From Rhynchopus sp. YZ270_cl-10 (lineage: Eukaryota), in contig OZ037836.1 of the NCBI GenBank assembly GCA_964035575.1, positions 1,612,001-1,676,000 of the forward strand: a DNA stretch of 64,000 bases, in the 5' to 3' direction. Position numbers and translations under genes: made by a program. Below the pieces are notes generated by a model. The model did no database searches, had not been told where the DNA came from, and was given only the letters and a program-made list of their open reading frames with translations. Below, piece after piece: positions 1-11,205 of this stretch (positions are counted from its first letter, which is position 1; the number at the start of each line of letters is the position of its first letter).

Positions 1-49
1 GCACAGACCGGTAGAGATAGCGCTGGATGTAGGTGCGTACAGGCAGATC

Positions 50-3000
50 GTGCTCGCGTACACTCTGCCGAAGCAGTTCCCTTTGGACAAGTGTGGACAA
101 GGCGTGAAGAATGCACAAAAGGCGTTTGCGAGCAAGGAGCTGCAGTGGGGGGCGCTTCAACACCCTCAGGATAGGTGGATACAGTGGAACAAGTGGGCAG
201 AGGACTTCTTGCTGCAGGCGTGCGAAGGCGAGATTGAGGGCCCGACGAAGGCGTATTGCGGAAGAGGCAAAACGTTTGACCCGAAGCCGAAGCACCGGAC
301 TGCGAAGCAGAGCAAGGAAGGGGACGCTCTGACAGTGAGCCAGAGAAGGCTGACGAAGAACGTGGGCAGGCTGGAAGAATGTCGGCTGTGGTACGTGAGG
401 AGCAACGGTGGTGTGCCGCCACATGACGTGTGCAATTGTTGGAGCAAGGCGCGGAAGGAACTGCGTGTTCTGCTGGACGACGACTCACTGCAACAGGATA
501 TGCCTAGCGAGGAGGCTTTGGTGGATCTGTGCAGAGCCGTGCGAGTGAAGGTGTCAACGCTTGCGGACCGAGTGAAGCGGAAGCGACTGGAGGACTGGCG
601 GCAGCGCCTACGGGATGCATGGCACAATGCTCCCAAGGCGATCTTCAAATACTGCAAGGACGAACAGTACAGGAAGATGACTGCCCTGAAGAACGAGGAT
701 GGGAAGTTCACCGCCAACGCTGAGGAGATGGACACCCTCCTGCATGAGGCGTGGATGCCGATTCTTCGCCGATATGCGGAAAAGCCAGAGCCCGACTGGG
801 GTGCGTTTAGGGAGAAGTTTACAGAAGACATCGCAGGCAAGGGGCAAGCGATGCAGATGGACAGGCTGACGGGGAAGGAGTTGCAGCAAACTCTGGGGAG
901 GATGAAGACACAAACTTCTGCTGGGGTGGAGGGTTGGCGCATGGTAGAGCTGAAGGCGCTTCCTCTGGTGCTGCTCGACAGGCTGGCAGATGTGTTTGAT
1001 GCGATTGAGTGTACGGGGGAGTGGCCGCCTTCTTTGATGAGAGCACTCATTGCGCTCATCCCCAAAGGGGAAGACGACACCCCGCTGAAGCAGCGACCTA
1101 TCACGATCACTTCGTGTATCTACAGACTGTGGGCGGCAGCGAGGTTGCGAAGGCTGATAAAGTGGCAGGAAAGCTGGATTGGTGAGCAACAGCACGGCTT
1201 CAGAGCAGGACACAGCACTGCACACCTGTACTGGCATCTGTCGCTCAAGCTGGAGAAGGCGGTACTGTCGGGTGACGACACAGACCAGGTATGGGGCTTC
1301 ACGATCGACTACGCCAAATGTTTCGATCGTGTACCTCATGAGATTGTGCTATCGCTGGCGGAGGAGTGGGGCGCGCACTGGCGTATTCTTGGACCACTGA
1401 GGGCTGCGTACACTGCCATGGAACGCCGCTTCAAGTTGGGAGACGTAGGTGTGGGAGGCACCTTTCGTACGACAAATGGTATCCTGCAAGGATGCCCACT
1501 TTCTGTCGTGCTGTTGAACGCGCTGATGGCGGTGTGGGGATCTGCAGTGACGAGAAGGACCGGAGCAATCGCCATGGGGTACGCTGACGACGTGTATGCT
1601 GTGGCGAACACGGAAGCGGAGGTGCATGGTGCTGCGAGGGTGACGAAGGAGTTTATCACTGCTGCGGACATGGAGGTCAAGGCAGAGAAGTGCGTAGGGT
1701 TTACCTCGAAGGAGGGAACAAAGACGAAGTTTGGACTTGGCGACGGGCTCTTCCCCGACAAGAAGCAGTTCGGGGCGGTTGGAGCAGACATTTTGGCTGG
1801 AAAGGGGAACTTCGGGCCCATCGCGCGTGAGCGTGCGGTTACTGCGCACCGTGTGTTTACGAGGGTTTCGAGTGTGCCTTTATCCTTCACTGAGAAGGCA
1901 CTTATTGGCGCAAGGGGACCAATGATGGCAGCGTTGCATGGGTGCGAAGTGACAGACTTCTCAAAGCAGACCATAGAGACGCTGAGGCAAGGGGCAGCAC
2001 TGGCAGTCTGGGGGCAGGGCAGGAAGCAGCGCACGCTGAACATTGTGTGGCATGTGTTATCTCCGGTTGGGATTGATGCGCCAGCGGAGATTGTGCAGAG
2101 GAGGATGGCGGCCTTTCTCCGACTGACAGAAGATGACGGCATGCGGAGAGAAGCAGAAGACGTGTGGAGGCTGGCACATGACCGAAGAGCGGAGCGGGAG
2201 GTGAGGCGGCGTGACAGGGCTTCAGATCTGGCACGTCTCCGGCGCGAGAACCCTGGGGTTGCCAACCCAAGGGTTACTGAAGTGCACAAGAAGGGTGTGA
2301 TAGAGTTGTTGTGGGACGACCTGGAGCGATACGGATGGCGGTGGAGCAGCTTCGACTTCTGGACCACACACATCGGGTTGAGGGTGCACGTTCGTCTGTG
2401 GGACAAGGGCAAATGGCTGCATGAGCTGAGAGAGGGCATCCGTGCACACGCGTACCGCCTGACAGTGACGACGAGGCCGTCGATGCAGGGCATTGAGGGA
2501 GGTGTGGATCGCCAGGCGACGAACGCAGTGTGGAAGGACCGCACGACCGACAGATACCTGGCGGGCGCGATACGCGGAGCCTTGTCGGGCTCTCAGTTGG
2601 TGGGGGTGCAGCTGCTGAGGAACAAGGAGGTGGAGACTTCGTTGTGCCGATACTGTGGTGAGGCGATAGAGGACCGGAGACACGCTTGGTGGTGGTGCCC
2701 GCAGTGGGACGAAATTCGTGGAGAGGACATCGGAAAACTCCGGGTTTTGCTCAAAGACGCACCCCCGTGCTTCTTGGACTTTGGCCTGGTGCCGACGATA
2801 TTCTTGCAGGAGCTGAGTGTTGCGGAGAGAGAGCAGACGGTGCGTCGTGTGCAACTGATGCTGGTCAGCATCGCGCTGGCAAGGCAGAAGTACGACGTGG
2901 AACATGGGTTTTCGCAGAAGAAGAAGAAGCAAGCGGTGGTGGGCCAATCCCTTTTTCCTTGGGGCTGGAATCCTCAGGAGGGTGCAGTGCTTGAGAGCTA

Positions 3001-4051
3001 CAACCCGCTGGAGAACGTACTGTGGGGGAGCAAGTACATGAAGAAGAGTCCACGCTGGACGGAAGACCACTTCTGGGCGCTGAAGGCATGGCTCGCTGCA
3101 TTGCGTTGGCCTGATGGCACAACGCCCCCCATCACGCAGCTCGAGCTCATGCTGGACTTTGAGATCTTCTCGGGGTTGGACGTACCGGGTGAGACGGTGT
3201 TGAAGAGGGCCGAATCTTTTGGTGCCATGATGCGGACGGCGAAAACTATGGCGCATGGAAGGGACGTATGGAAAGGAGTGGAGAAGAGGGAGGTGCACCA
3301 CTTACAGGAACTGGGTGCGGGGATCATGACGGGGTATTCTGTGCGACCTGTGCTGACGCATGCGGCGGGGGTTGAAGGATACCTGAAGGAGTTGCAGGAG
3401 AAGGCGACGTCGCGGAGAGCACTCTCCCGACAAAAGGAAAAGACGAAGGCGAGGTGGGGTGACGACGCGGATGTGGCTCATACTTCCACTCCGGAAGAAC
3501 GCTCAGCAAAGAACGAACGCTGGAAGGAAGCGAAGGAAGAGCAGAAGCAGGCAGAGGAGGTGCGTAGTAGAGCTGCGATAGCTGCAGTTGCGGCAGAGCA
3601 GATTCGACGACAGGAGGCACGCAGGCGGCAGACACCGGCTGTGCGTGTGGACGTAAGGAGGAAGGTGGGGGCCATGCGGGTGTGTGACATACACACCAAG
3701 ATGCGATGCGGGGACTGCGAGCACAACAACATCTCCATCACGGCGTGTTGTGCGACGCACCATTGTGATGAGCTTATTTTGGGTGACTGTGTGGAGGCGC
3801 GTGAGGCGTGTGAGGTGCATAACTTCTCGATGTGCGGACAGTGTGCGGGTGCGGGGAACGTGTCGATGAAGCAGTGCTGTCAGAAGCACCACAACTGTGT
3901 GGCCCACGGGAGGGGTGCTTGCGGTGCATGTGTGCAGGCGGGACGGAAGAGGAAGAAGGACGGATTGCCGATGCTGGCGTCTCCTCAGGCCTGTTGCGGG
4001 AAAGGGCACCACGACACGTCCCAGGGGCGTCTCGGGTTTGCCCCGCGATAA
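50..4051 (+). CDS. ORF2 of non-LTR retrotransposon (partial): end of APE region, reverse transcriptase, CCHC finger, C-terminal Cys/His repeats
   Basis: RT motifs RPITIT, QHGFR, DYAKCFD, GILQGCPLS, YADD; CRYC...H...C zinc finger. The frame is open from the window start, so the listed GTG is not a real start. Confidence 0.95.
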   Translation: MLAYTLPKQFPLDKCGQGVKNAQKAFASKELQWGALQHPQDRWIQWNKWAEDFLLQACEGEIEGPTKAYCGRGKTFDPKPKHRTAKQSKEGDALTVSQRRLTKNVGRLEECRLWYVRSNGGVPPHDVCNCWSKARKELRVLLDDDSLQQDMPSEEALVDLCRAVRVKVSTLADRVKRKRLEDWRQRLRDAWHNAPKAIFKYCKDEQYRKMTALKNEDGKFTANAEEMDTLLHEAWMPILRRYAEKPEPDWGAFREKFTEDIAGKGQAMQMDRLTGKELQQTLGRMKTQTSAGVEGWRMVELKALPLVLLDRLADVFDAIECTGEWPPSLMRALIALIPKGEDDTPLKQRPITITSCIYRLWAAARLRRLIKWQESWIGEQQHGFRAGHSTAHLYWHLSLKLEKAVLSGDDTDQVWGFTIDYAKCFDRVPHEIVLSLAEEWGAHWRILGPLRAAYTAMERRFKLGDVGVGGTFRTTNGILQGCPLSVVLLNALMAVWGSAVTRRTGAIAMGYADDVYAVANTEAEVHGAARVTKEFITAADMEVKAEKCVGFTSKEGTKTKFGLGDGLFPDKKQFGAVGADILAGKGNFGPIARERAVTAHRVFTRVSSVPLSFTEKALIGARGPMMAALHGCEVTDFSKQTIETLRQGAALAVWGQGRKQRTLNIVWHVLSPVGIDAPAEIVQRRMAAFLRLTEDDGMRREAEDVWRLAHDRRAEREVRRRDRASDLARLRRENPGVANPRVTEVHKKGVIELLWDDLERYGWRWSSFDFWTTHIGLRVHVRLWDKGKWLHELREGIRAHAYRLTVTTRPSMQGIEGGVDRQATNAVWKDRTTDRYLAGAIRGALSGSQLVGVQLLRNKEVETSLCRYCGEAIEDRRHAWWWCPQWDEIRGEDIGKLRVLLKDAPPCFLDFGLVPTIFLQELSVAEREQTVRRVQLMLVSIALARQKYDVEHGFSQKKKKQAVVGQSLFPWGWNPQEGAVLESYNPLENVLWGSKYMKKSPRWTEDHFWALKAWLAALRWPDGTTPPITQLELMLDFEIFSGLDVPGETVLKRAESFGAMMRTAKTMAHGRDVWKGVEKREVHHLQELGAGIMTGYSVRPVLTHAAGVEGYLKELQEKATSRRALSRQKEKTKARWGDDADVAHTSTPEERSAKNERWKEAKEEQKQAEEVRSRAAIAAVAAEQIRRQEARRRQTPAVRVDVRRKVGAMRVCDIHTKMRCGDCEHNNISITACCATHHCDELILGDCVEAREACEVHNFSMCGQCAGAGNVSMKQCCQKHHNCVAHGRGACGACVQAGRKRKKDGLPMLASPQACCGKGHHDTSQGRLGFAPR

Positions 4052-4062
4052 CGAAGGTGGTC

Positions 4063-4117
4063 ACGTGGCGCCTTTCTCACCTCTCAGTTCATCTGAGAAG
4101 GTGGGGATGGGTCACGT
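4063..4117 (+). other. 3' UTR stem-loop of retrotransposon copy 1
   Basis: ACGTGGC/GTCACGT, CACC/GGTG and TCTCAG/CTGAGA arms around a TTCAT loop; identical at 30264-30318. Confidence 0.75.
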
Positions 4118-4130
4118 CAACAAGTTTAAT

Positions 4131-4362
4131 CTCGTTTACCACCCTGGATCTGACACCACTCAAGAAGGTTAAGTACGTAGGTTTGGGTTTTGCTGGGAAC
4201 TGCACTTCGTTGACGAGTATTTACCTTTCCGGTTGCAGCAGTGCTGTGTCCAATGAAGTGAGGAACGGCGAGCTGAGTAAGCTTGTGGTTGAAGCACGTC
4301 CGAAACGAAGCAGAGACGGATCCCCCGAGCAAGCCCACAAACGACGGAGACACGCACAATGA
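4131..4362 (+). pseudogene. 3' remnant of Ubl-LRR-NLS gene (copy A), disrupted by retrotransposon
   Basis: Encodes FTTLDLTPLKKVKYVGLGFAGNCTSLTSIYLSGCSS...RPKRSRDGSPEQAHKRRRHAQ*, homologous to the C-terminus of 10000-11205. Confidence 0.9.
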
Positions 4363-4476
4363 CGACGTGGTGTGTTGGTGGCAGGGATAAAGGGAAGGAC
4401 TGGAAGAAGGGTAAAGGGGGGTGGGATAATTGTAGTGGGGGATAACTGTAGAATCAGGGTATTAATATAAAAGGTC

Positions 4477-4791
4477 CGTCCCTTCCATGCGGCATCGTTT
4501 TCGCCGTCCGCATCATGGCACCAAAAGATTCGGCCCTCTTCAACACCGTCTCACCCGGTACGTCCAACCCCGAGAAGATCTCAAAGTCCAGCATGAGCTC
4601 GAGCTGCGTGATGGGGGGCGTTGTGCCATCAGGCCAACGCAATGCAGCGAGCCATGCCTTCAGCGCCCAGAAGTGGTCTTCCGTCCAGCGAGGACTCTTC
4701 TTCATGTGCTGACTTCCCCACAGTACGTTCTTCAGTGGGTTGTGGCACTCCAATACCGCACCTTCCGGAGGATTCCAACCCCAAGGAAAAA
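4477..4791 (-). mobile_element. Inverted, diverged fragment of retrotransposon ORF2
   Basis: Reverse complement matches ~2952-3267 (NPLKNVLWGSQHMKKSPRWTEDHFWALKAWLAALRWP...). Confidence 0.9.
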
Positions 4792-5350
4792 TGATGGTGA
4801 TTGGGGGGGACTGAGGGGGGAGGACGCGCTTTGCTGTGCTTGGGGTGCTTGGGGTGCTTGGGGTGTGGAGTCAACTCTTGTGCTGTGCTGGAGGGGGTGT
4901 GGGAGGTGGAGGTGCACAGTGTTGTGAGTGTGGGGGGTTTGGGTGTGGCGCTTCCCTCGATCGTTTTGTGGTGATGATGGGAGGGGAAGCTGTGTCTGGC
5001 GGTGGGGTGCTTTCGTGCATTTGTCTGGCACCTCAGCTTGTCTGTGGTTGCAGCACGAGAGCACCTTTGGCGTTCTTCCTTGCGTGGGGTGGGTGGAGAC
5101 AGCGTGGAGGCTGTGCGGGTTTCTTGTGCAGAACGGGGCAGGTAACGGTGCGTGAGAGGAGTGTACCGACCCTCCCCCGTGAAATTGTCCCCCCTGGGGG
5201 GAAAAGTGAGGGGGGGTCAATATCTCGTACGGCAAAAAGGGGGGACAATTTCTCGTACTGTAGGGGGGTGGCCGTTTTGGTGTGAAGAAGGGAGAGCAAA
5301 GGTTGTCCCCGCGACTCCCTTGAAATTGTCCGTCGGGGTGAAATACCGGT

Positions 5351-5848
5351 TTTTCCCAACCTTCCTGTATACACGCGTCAGCAACCAATACAGGTAGTGT
5401 ATTGAAATGATTCTGGGGGGGGGTAAGGGGTCTAATTTTAATTTCGTCGATTTTGAGAAAAATTTTGGCCAAAAATGGGCCCACGTATAAGGAACCGGGC
5501 TCATATTTCTCAAAATTTAAGTGGTCAAAAAATTGTCCAATTTTCCGAAATGACCCCACCGCTGCACGGGCGGAGCCCAAAAATGCAAATAAGCCACTTT
5601 TTCCCAACCTTCCTGTATACACGCGTCAGCAACCAATACAGGTAGTGTATTGAAATGATTCTGGGGGGGGGTAAGGGGTCTAATTTTAATTTCGTCGATT
5701 TTGAGAAAAATTTTGGCCAAAAATGGGCCCACGTATAAGGAACCGGGCTCATATTTCTCAAAATTTAAGTGGTCAAAAAATTGTCCAATTTTCCGAAATG
5801 ACCCCACCGCTGCACGGGCGGAGCCCAAAAATGCAAATAAGCCACTTT
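5351..5848. repeat. Tandem direct duplication, ~248-bp unit x2 (part of a dispersed repeat)
   Basis: TTTTCCCAACCTTCCTGTATACACGCG...AAATGCAAATAAGCCAC occurs twice in tandem; an inverted relative lies at ~50400-50580. Confidence 0.85.
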
Positions 5849-6520
5849 TTGGTTTCATTGAAATGATGCGGCTGACACTGAGGAATTATGGTTTACGACG
5901 TCCCATTGAGGGGGCGAACCCTTTTTAATTTTTTGTTCTCTTGAAATGTGTAATTTCATGTTTTCGCGAAAAAAATACGAACTGATCCTACAAGGGTTGA
6001 AGGAAGGTGTGTGGAAAACAATAATAACAAGAACAACTAATTGCTAAGAAAAAAAATGGGGTGTGCTGTGGATAACTCCGCGCGATTTTCGGAACCACCA
6101 TAGCATCCTGGCGATTTTCTGGAGGTGCTGATGTGACGATGCCTGGTGCGATCGACGACGTGTTGTCGTCTGTGCATTATGTGTTCCTTCCGCACTGCTC
6201 TGATGACGACGACGATGCGTGGGAGCCTGTGGACGACTACGAGCTGGAACATGCCGAGGCCGCCCGAGCGAATGGTTATCGAGCCTGCCGAGACTACGTC
6301 CAATAACGCGATCGAGCAGATGGTGCTGGACGAAGAGGACAGCCCCACTGTTTGAACGTTTCAGATGCAGGCATCCCAGTGGGGCCAGCGTACGAAGAGC
6401 GTTTTAGCATACCTGCAGAAGAGCAGAATGCTGGCGTGTTGTAGATTATATTTTTTTCAGAGTGGAGTTCCACAGCACACCCGGTTTTTTTTCCGATAGC
6501 AATTACTTGTTTTTTTTGAG
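5700..6520. repeat. Dispersed repeat with inverted copy at ~49850-50600
   Basis: For example GAAGGAAGGTGTGTGGAAAACA...AACTCCGCGCGATTTTCG matches the reverse complement at ~50220-50315. Confidence 0.75.
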
Positions 6521-6660
6521 GGGGGGACAATTTCACGAGGGTCGGTATATGAATTAAAGATATTCCACTTTTTTTTAAACCTGCAAAACTCACCCCCATT
6601 TTCCACACAGACCCTTCCTCTTCCTCTTCCTCTTCCCCTTCCCCTTTACCCCCCTGAACA

Positions 6661-8010
6661 ATGATTGGGGATAACACTTTCGCTTCTATGGTTGGCCCAT
6701 GGTGGTGGCATCAGTTCATGTGGACTTCTCCAGTACAGAGCGCTGTGGTGCTTGCGGCTGGGGTGGTGGCTGGCTGCGCAGTGGGTGTGTGGGGGTGTAG
6801 CGTGATGTGCGTTCTCTGTGCCGCCGCTGCCTTGGCATTAGCACTGAGCCTCGTCTTTCGGACGTATCTTGCAAACAGCCGCCCCCGTCTGCCCTTCCCT
6901 TTTCCTCTCTGGGAGAGACATTTGTCGGTTGCGGCGGAGGTGTGGATTCCGCATCTGTCTTCATGCGCACTCCGTGTCGTCCAGCTTGCCACTTGGCAGG
7001 ATGTCCCCCGCTCTGTCACGACGCTAGCCTTCGCATGCCTTGCTTCTTTCGCAGCACAGTACATCAACACCATCACCGCCGCCCTTTTTCTCTGGTGCTC
7101 TGCCTACGCACTGCCCTTTCTGTGGGACCAACGCCAAGCTGCGCACCGGGCCCTCCAAAGCCCTTCGGGGTCTCCACATCTGACACCTCCGTTGTGTGCA
7201 CTGTCCCCTCATCAACCCCCAGTGCTCTCTCCGGAGGAAGTGACGGCGGTCCTGGAGGATGCAGCAGACGCAGTGCGTATGGCCGCTCTCAGTGAAGAGA
7301 CCTACAGTCACATTCCGGAGGCATACCCAGAAGCTCCGTTGTGCAGCACGGTGCGTCCTTTTGGGGAAGGTGCCTGTCCGGTGACGGGGTTGCGTTATCA
7401 GGAAGGGTGTGTGGAGGGGTTGGAGCTGCCTGCGGAGATGTTGGTGTTGTTTGCGGCAGCTGCGATGTGCTGTGTGAAGGGCAGCTGGCAGCATTGGGTC
7501 ATTGTGGTGACGTTGGCTGAGGTGCGTTTTATGGGGCTGCCCGGAGGGGTGTGTGTCGCGGCGTTTCGTACCTGCGACGTGCTGAGTGTGGAGCGCGAGA
7601 GGTTGCAGTCGCCCGCCCATCTCCAGCTCCGCTTCCTCTGCCAGGACGGTGCCTCCGTCGCCGTCCAACTCCCCACAGCAGAAGGCACAGCACTCATAAC
7701 AGTGGTCGATGTGCTCATCCGCCAGGGGGTCATCCCGCCCTACTCCGCCGCAGCCCCACCCCCTCTTGCACAGCTCCCTCCACCCCAGACTTCATATCGC
7801 CGTTATGAGTCTGCATACAGCAGTGTACAGGGGGGTCGTGGCAACACACCGTTGACAATGTTTGAGGGTGGGGTGAGGTACGATGGAGGAGGGGGAGGGG
7901 GAGGGGTCGTCACACCGGACGCAGCAACGTTCGCGCAGCTTGCGATTGCGTCGGCGAAGCTGGATTCTGTGCGGAGAGGTGCGGGGCGCAGTGCGCTTGA
8001 TGCGTATTAG
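6661..8010 (+). CDS. Reticulon-domain membrane protein, possibly with a C-terminal PH-like region
   Basis: 449-aa ORF with two long hydrophobic hairpins and reticulon-like LATWQDVPRSVTTLAFACLASFAAQYINTITAALFLWCSAYALPFLW. Preceded by a polypyrimidine tract. Start could be 6661 or 6688. Confidence 0.6.
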   Translation: MIGDNTFASMVGPWWWHQFMWTSPVQSAVVLAAGVVAGCAVGVWGCSVMCVLCAAAALALALSLVFRTYLANSRPRLPFPFPLWERHLSVAAEVWIPHLSSCALRVVQLATWQDVPRSVTTLAFACLASFAAQYINTITAALFLWCSAYALPFLWDQRQAAHRALQSPSGSPHLTPPLCALSPHQPPVLSPEEVTAVLEDAADAVRMAALSEETYSHIPEAYPEAPLCSTVRPFGEGACPVTGLRYQEGCVEGLELPAEMLVLFAAAAMCCVKGSWQHWVIVVTLAEVRFMGLPGGVCVAAFRTCDVLSVERERLQSPAHLQLRFLCQDGASVAVQLPTAEGTALITVVDVLIRQGVIPPYSAAAPPPLAQLPPPQTSYRRYESAYSSVQGGRGNTPLTMFEGGVRYDGGGGGGGVVTPDAATFAQLAIASAKLDSVRRGAGRSALDAY

Positions 8011-9999
8011 AGAGGGTGAGCCCGCAGGAGTATCTGCCCTATCGGCTTTTGACGGTAGTGTAGTGGACTACCGTGGCTGTAACGGGTAACGGGGAATTAG
8101 GGTTGGGGTCGGAGGTGCATGTTGCTTACCATTTTTAGATAGTGTTTTAGAATTGTCATATCATAAAAGCTCTGCTTTTTAGATAGATGCTTTGCAGAAT
8201 TACTCCCGATACTCATTCACTCAGGGACACTAATTCGAGAGATCAACGGGAAAAAAAAAAAGATTTTTCTCTTTTTTTTCCCCCCCTTGTTTTCGTTTCT
8301 TTTGACTGAAAATCTATCTAAAAAAGGGAAGACTTTTATTTTTGCTGTAAACCACGAAATGTATGCATGGGTATATCCTCAGGAATTAGATTGTACTTAG
8401 TTATTTTTTTGGGCACATGGCCATTGTCACATATAGTGTGATGTGGGGGTGAGGAAGCGTTCCAACTTTTCAACCTCTTCCCCATTATTCCATTCGCTAT
8501 TTTTTTTTTAAACCCCCCCTTGTTTTAGAACCAACAGAAAGTGTACGTTACGATTTTAGATTTAAATAATAATAATTATTATTAGCATTCAGCCACGAGG
8601 GAAATGGACCATGCCACAGAGCACATTCCCCGTGTGATAAACTTTCATCTTGTGCCGCTGCAGTCCTGTATTCAAAAAGAAAAAAAAAACTTTGTTCCCT
8701 TTTTGGAGCGCAGTGATTGTCGACACAACAAAAAAAGAATGCGCTGTCTGTGAGTCGCCTCACAACAGGAACAGGGAAGCTGTCCCCCACTGCCTTGAGC
8801 AGTGTGGAACCCCACTACGTAGGGCAACAAGAAAGACCGTCTCCACGTGACGGCCACCAAGCTTTGGTATGTGTCTGTAAGGACAGATGATTTCTGTATT
8901 GACACGATCGCCTTTTAATGGAAGGAAGCTGCCTGTACAAAGATAGCCAAGACTGTCTGGGGTAGTCGAGACTTATAGATTAAAAAAGAAAAAGAAAAAA
9001 AAAAGGGCACTGCTGCAGATCTCGAATTTTCAAAAAAAAAAAAAAAAAAAAACGAAGCAAACCCCTTCAATCAGTCTACACTAATACAACCAAGTGTTCA
9101 AAAAAAAAAAAAAACATTGAGTACAGATCCTGCACTAGCAGGTGATTGTCAAAATACAATGGAAACGTTCGGCAAAAGAGACCTGAAGAAGAGTTACTCA
9201 AAGTTATGATCTAAAAAGTTAAAATGCACATCTGCTTCGTTCTTCTATTGCAGCTAACAGCAAACAAAAAACTATGCCAGCAAGCATAAAACTAGAGCAA
9301 AACAGACAGAACCAACCATTTCCCCCCTTCTTACCTACTTTCAGACTTTCCCCCCAAGATTCGGAGCTACTTGTCTCACATGGGTAGCAACAAAACTACG
9401 CAAAAAGCTATTAACACCTTCTAGGAGAGGCAAGTCCACGTACTCGCTGCCTCTGGTGCAGCATGGCTAGCTGTTTTCTGATGATCCGCACTTCTTCTTG
9501 GTCAGGCTCCTCGCATTGGCGTGCATACACAGCACAGTCCTTGCAGCAATATTCATTATTTTCCTTGTCCTCTTTTATCCACACATCTCTGTGGATGTCT
9601 CACCTTTTGTTTTCCAGCAGGAAGCTGACCTAATGACCCTGTGTCTGCAATGATGCTGTTCGTTTGATTGATGAGAGGAAGCAGAGGGTGGAGAGGGTGG
9701 AGGGCATATCAGATGCAAACCTCGCATTGGGGTGCATACACAGCACAGTCCTTGCAGTAATGTTCATTTCGTTCTCCCAGATCAGCGGCGCAAGGATTAG
9801 CTCCACATAGCCTCACCCACGGGGAAGAGGACCCCAGCCAGAACCACCGTACGAACGGAGGAACTGCAGAAAACGCCAATAACGACGTTGTCAAGCATTT
9901 GTTCAGGGTTGAAACCCTGCAAAATGGGGTACTTCTTGTCTTGTCCTCCACACCCCACCACCACACACAGAGATCAGAACACAAAACCACAACAAACAA

Positions 10000-11205
10000 A
10001 TGGACGTGCACTTCGAGGATTTCAGAGCGAATCAGCACACAGTCGAGGTGGGTGCAGATGACACAGTCGAGGGCTTGCGGCGGAAGGTGGCGTCTGCAGT
10101 GGGGTTGCCTGAAGACAGCTTTTGCATGAGTTTCGGAGACGAAGCGATGGGAAAAGGAGCGGACATGACGCAGCTGAGTGCTGGTGACACAATCATCCTC
10201 ACGAAGACGAAGAAGCAAGAAGCCATTGCAGAGCTTCATGCGTTGGGTGTGACCGACATCACAGCCGAGAAGTTGAAGAGTGTGAGGGATCCTGAGGTGG
10301 CGTGTTTGCTTCTGCAGGCAGAGGTTGCGACTGTCATTCCTGATGGGTTCTTGAAGAAGGCATCGTTAACGCATCTTGATCTCAGTGCTGAGTCCATTGT
10401 GACACAGATTGGAGACAGCTTCCTCCAGGAGTGCACCTCGTTGACAAGTATTGACCTCTCTGGGTTGAGCAATGTGACGGTGATGGGCGGTTACTTTCTT
10501 TACGGCTGCGTAGCTTTAACGAAACTGGATCTGACATCACTCAACAACGTTACGAGGATTGGCGGTTACTTTCTTTGCGGCTGCAACTCGTTAACCACCC
10601 TGGATCTGACACCACTGACACTACTCAACAACACGAGGCTGATTGGCAGCAACTTTCTTTCCTACTGCACTTCTTTAACCAGCCTGGATCTGACACCACT
10701 CACCAACGTTACAAGCATTCATGATTACTTTCTTTCCGCCTGCATCTCTTTAACCACCCTGGATCTCTCACCACTGAAGAACGTTAGGAGCATTGAGAGT
10801 AACTTTCTTTACGACTGCGAAACTTTAACCACCCTGGATCTCACACCACTCAAAAACGTGACGGTGATTGGCAATAGCTTTCTTGACGGCTGCGAAGCTT
10901 TAACCAACCTGGATCTGACACCACTCAACAACGTTACGAGGATTGAGAGTTACTTTCTTTACGACTGCGACTCTTTAACCAGCCTGGATCTCTCACCACT
11001 TCACAAGGTGAAGTATGTGGGTTCGGGTTTTGCTGCGAACTGCACTTCGTTGATGAGCATTTACCTTTCCGGCTGCAGCAGTGTTGTGTCCAACGAAGTG
11101 AGGAATAGCGAGGAGCTGAGTGGGCTTGTGGTTGAAGCACGTCCGAAACGAAGCAGAGACGAATCCCCCGAGCAAGCACACAAACGACGGAGACACGCAC
11201 AATGA
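10000..11205 (+). CDS. Ubiquitin-like domain + LRR (9 x 25-aa, BspA/TpLRR-like) + bipartite NLS protein, copy B
   Basis: N-terminal MDVHFEDFRANQHTVEVGADDTVEGLRRKVA...LSAGDTIILT has a ubiquitin-fold pattern. Repeats LTxLDLTPLNNVTxIxxxFLxxCxx. Ends RPKRSRDESPEQAHKRRRHAQ. Confidence 0.9.
   Translation: MDVHFEDFRANQHTVEVGADDTVEGLRRKVASAVGLPEDSFCMSFGDEAMGKGADMTQLSAGDTIILTKTKKQEAIAELHALGVTDITAEKLKSVRDPEVACLLLQAEVATVIPDGFLKKASLTHLDLSAESIVTQIGDSFLQECTSLTSIDLSGLSNVTVMGGYFLYGCVALTKLDLTSLNNVTRIGGYFLCGCNSLTTLDLTPLTLLNNTRLIGSNFLSYCTSLTSLDLTPLTNVTSIHDYFLSACISLTTLDLSPLKNVRSIESNFLYDCETLTTLDLTPLKNVTVIGNSFLDGCEALTNLDLTPLNNVTRIESYFLYDCDSLTSLDLSPLHKVKYVGSGFAANCTSLMSIYLSGCSSVVSNEVRNSEELSGLVVEARPKRSRDESPEQAHKRRRHAQ

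Larger units (their letters stand above)
1..4129 (+). mobile_element. Non-LTR retrotransposon copy 1 (5' part outside window), inserted in a Ubl-LRR gene
   Basis: Colinear and near-identical to 26202-30330. Ends ...GTCACGTCAACAAGTTTAA(4129) and is followed by LRR-coding target sequence CTCGTTTACCACCCTGGA (4131-4148). Confidence 0.95.

Noticed and set aside
166..3301. Long antisense ORFs opposite ORF2 (and 26367-29502)
   Set aside because: Shadow ORFs of GC-rich coding sequence with no recognisable motifs.
8090..8110. TTAGGG telomere-like motif
   Set aside because: Single unit, no array.
8710..8970. Possible RING-like exon (ECAVCES...HCLEQC)
   Set aside because: Frame broken and too short to support.
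9700..9830. Minus-strand Cys/His fragment (HYCKDC...CEVC) upstream of Ubl-LRR copies
   Set aside because: No valid start and an early stop; at most a decayed fragment duplicated with the array.
10440..11000. 75-bp repeats with variable segments, superficially CRISPR-like or DGR-like
   Set aside because: They are in-frame LRR coding units. There are no cas genes and no template/variable repeat pair with adenine-specific differences, and the RT is non-LTR type.
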